Assembly (NCBI RefSeq): GCF_022846255.1 | Contig: NZ_AP025682.1 | DNA: 64,000 bases | Direction: 5' to 3' (one strand) | Source of the DNA: Escherichia coli | GTDB lineage: Bacteria > Pseudomonadota > Gammaproteobacteria > Enterobacterales > Enterobacteriaceae | Shown: in pieces, positions 61,960 through 64,000 of the stretch | How positions within the stretch are numbered: position 1 is the stretch's first letter | How the letters are laid out: each line of letters starts with the position of its first letter | Translations under genes and position numbers: made by a program | Notes under the pieces: generated by a model | The model's database searches: none | What the model was told of the DNA's origin: nothing | What the model saw: only the letters and a program-made list of their open reading frames with translations

Positions 61960-62901
61960 ATGGCGCACTCACACTCACACGCTTCCTCACACCTGCCAGA
62001 AGATAATAATGCTCGTCGCTTGTTGTATGCTTTCGGCGTGACTGCCGGGTTTATGCTGGTAGAAGTCATTGGTGGTTTTCTTTCCGGTTCTCTGGCATTG
62101 CTGGCCGATGCGGGTCATATGTTGACCGATACTGCCGCCCTGCTTTTCGCCCTACTCGCCGTGCAATTTTCACGTCGACCTCCCACCATTCGCCACACTT
62201 TCGGTTGGCTAAGATTGACCACGCTCGCAGCATTTGTGAATGCTATCGCCCTGGTGGTGATTACCATTTTGATTGTCTGGGAGGCGATAGAACGCTTCCG
62301 CACACCGCGTCCGGTCGAGGGCGGCATGATGATGGCAATTGCCGTGGCTGGGCTGTTGGCAAATATACTTTCTTTCTGGTTACTTCATCACGGTAGCGAA
62401 GAGAAAAACCTCAACGTGCGAGCAGCGGCACTGCATGTGCTCGGGGACCTGCTGGGTTCGGTTGGGGCTATTATTGCCGCGTTGATTATTATCTGGACCG
62501 GCTGGACACCTGCTGACCCCATTCTCTCAATACTGGTGTCGCTTCTGGTTCTGCGTAGCGCGTGGCGACTGTTGAAAGATAGCGTGAATGAATTACTTGA
62601 AGGTGCACCGGTATCGCTGGATATCGCCGAACTGAAGCGTCGTATGTGCCGGGAAATCCCGGAAGTCCGCAATGTGCACCATGTACATGTATGGATGGTA
62701 GGCGAGAAGCCGGTGATGACGCTGCATGTGCAGGTGATCCCGCCACACGATCACGATGCCTTGTTAGATCAGATCCAACACTACCTGATGGATCACTATC
62801 AGATTGAGCACGCCACTATTCAGATGGAATATCAACCTTGTCATGGGCCAGACTGCCACCTGAATGAAGGGGTGTCTGGCCATTCACATCATCACCATTA
62901 A
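61960..62901 (+). CDS. zitB: zinc efflux transporter ZitB (cation diffusion facilitator)
   Basis: 313-aa ORF, His-rich N- and C-termini, six TM segments. Confidence 0.95.
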   Translation: MAHSHSHASSHLPEDNNARRLLYAFGVTAGFMLVEVIGGFLSGSLALLADAGHMLTDTAALLFALLAVQFSRRPPTIRHTFGWLRLTTLAAFVNAIALVVITILIVWEAIERFRTPRPVEGGMMMAIAVAGLLANILSFWLLHHGSEEKNLNVRAAALHVLGDLLGSVGAIIAALIIIWTGWTPADPILSILVSLLVLRSAWRLLKDSVNELLEGAPVSLDIAELKRRMCREIPEVRNVHHVHVWMVGEKPVMTLHVQVIPPHDHDALLDQIQHYLMDHYQIEHATIQMEYQPCHGPDCHLNEGVSGHSHHHH

Positions 62902-63617
62902 TGGGACAGCGCGCGTGAACCTCTTTCGCGTGCGCTGTTGATCCACATCCGGCTGCCGTTGAGGGCAATAAAGGTCAGGATGATGTACTCCAGAGACATG
63001 GCGTAAACGCCCTGAAGTGCAAAAATAACGACGCTAATCACGTTAATAATCACCCACAACAGCCAGTTTTCCACATACTTACGCGTCATCAGAATCATTG
63101 CCACGATAGATAACACCATCATGCATGAATCCCAGAACGGGAAAGCGTCCGGCTGTAGTTCAGGCATCGCAACCTGTAATCCTAATGCTTGCATGATCAT
63201 GACTGCCACGCGGGTCAAAAATGCAAACACCGGATTGATAAATACCGTCATCAGACCAATCGAAACAACGCAAACCGCCAACCAGCTTAGCGCCTTCGGC
63301 AATGGCAACCAGCGAATTTTCAACTCCGCCTCGTTCTGACTGGTTTGTCGCGACCACGCATACCAGCCGTAAATATTCGCGGCAAAGAAAAACACCTGTA
63401 ATAGCAGGCTGGCATACAGCTGAATCTGAAAGAAAATAATGCCAAACAAAGTGACGTTGATCAGGCCAAAGAAGTAGTTACTGATCTTCTCCAGACTGGC
63501 AAGGCCAATACACAGCAACCCGGCGATCGTGCCTACCGCTTCGATCCATGAGAGATCATAACCGCCTGCCCCTATTGGTATATGTACCAGGATATTCTGC
63601 ACACTAAAAAAATCCAT
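62898..63617 (-). CDS. pnuC: nicotinamide riboside transporter PnuC
   Basis: 239-aa polytopic membrane ORF; 4-nt overlap with zitB; downstream of nadA as in the nadA-pnuC operon. Confidence 0.95.
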   Translation of the reverse strand: MDFFSVQNILVHIPIGAGGYDLSWIEAVGTIAGLLCIGLASLEKISNYFFGLINVTLFGIIFFQIQLYASLLLQVFFFAANIYGWYAWSRQTSQNEAELKIRWLPLPKALSWLAVCVVSIGLMTVFINPVFAFLTRVAVMIMQALGLQVAMPELQPDAFPFWDSCMMVLSIVAMILMTRKYVENWLLWVIINVISVVIFALQGVYAMSLEYIILTFIALNGSRMWINSARERGSRALSH

Positions 63618-63654
63618 CGTTCCCCCAAAGCGTAATGTGACGCCTTATTATCAA

Positions 63655-64000
63655 TTATCCACGTAGTGTAGCCGCAAAATCCAGCATACGATTGAGCGGC
63701 ACCAGCGCCCTCTCTAGCAGCCTTTCATCAACATAAACCTCGTGATTGCTTCCTTCCAGTTCTAATGCCTCTGCGATGGCCTGAAGGCCATTCATGGCCA
63801 TCCACGGGCAATGCGCGCAGCTGCGACAGGTTGCGCCCTCACCCGCAGTTGGTGCTTCCAGTAACTCTTTATCTGGCACCGCCTGCTGCATTTTGTAGAA
63901 AATGCCCCGATCGGTTGCCACGATAAGCCGCTGATGTGGCAATGTTTTCGCAGCAGCGATCAGTTGACTGGTGGAACCGACCGCATCCGCCATCTCTACA
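63655..64000 (-). CDS. nadA: quinolinate synthase NadA, 3' part (5' end beyond window)
   Basis: Minus-strand frame open to the window edge; C-terminal sequence with Fe-S cysteine context ([15 protein letters not shown]). Confidence 0.85.
   Translation of the reverse strand, partial: VEMADAVGSTSQLIAAAKTLPHQRLIVATDRGIFYKMQQAVPDKELLEAPTAGEGATCRSCAHCPWMAMNGLQAIAEALELEGSNHEVYVDERLLERALVPLNRMLDFAATLRG

Overview
This window reads as a contiguous stretch of Escherichia coli K-12-like core chromosome (about 17-19 min), running in reverse orientation from glnHPQ through ybiO, rlmF, mcbA, fiu-ybiX, ybiI, ybiJ, ybiC, ybiB, dinG, rhlE, cecR-ybhGFSR, ybhQ, ybhP-clsB-ybhN, ybhM, ybhL, moaABCDE, ybhK, uvrB, bioBFCD/bioA, ybhB, ybhC, ybhJ-ybhI-ybhH, ybhD, pgl, ybhA, modABC, acrZ, modEF, galETKM, gpmA, aroG, ybgS, zitB and pnuC to the 3' part of nadA. 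Every gene except two has an ORF of the length I remember for its K-12 ortholog, and several textbook sites are readable directly (LexA boxes at dinG and uvrB, bio operator, gal OE/OI, TyrR box at aroG, ModE operator at modA, Fur box at fiu, REP clusters, one ERIC element). I found no IS elements, prophage genes, CRISPR arrays, tRNA or rRNA genes, and no obviously foreign gene cassette. The two exceptions are adjacent: ybiA appears to lack its 5' two-thirds, and the basic C-terminal tail of rhlE is encoded in a shifted frame; an extra REP cluster lies between them. The most plausible candidate for an under-described system is the ybhD / ybhH-ybhI-ybhJ module (LysR regulator, PrpF-like isomerase, DASS transporter, aconitase-family Fe-S hydratase). 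All identifications rest on reading the sequence and recalled protein sequences and lengths; no database search was run, and statements about differences from K-12 depend on my memory of the reference.
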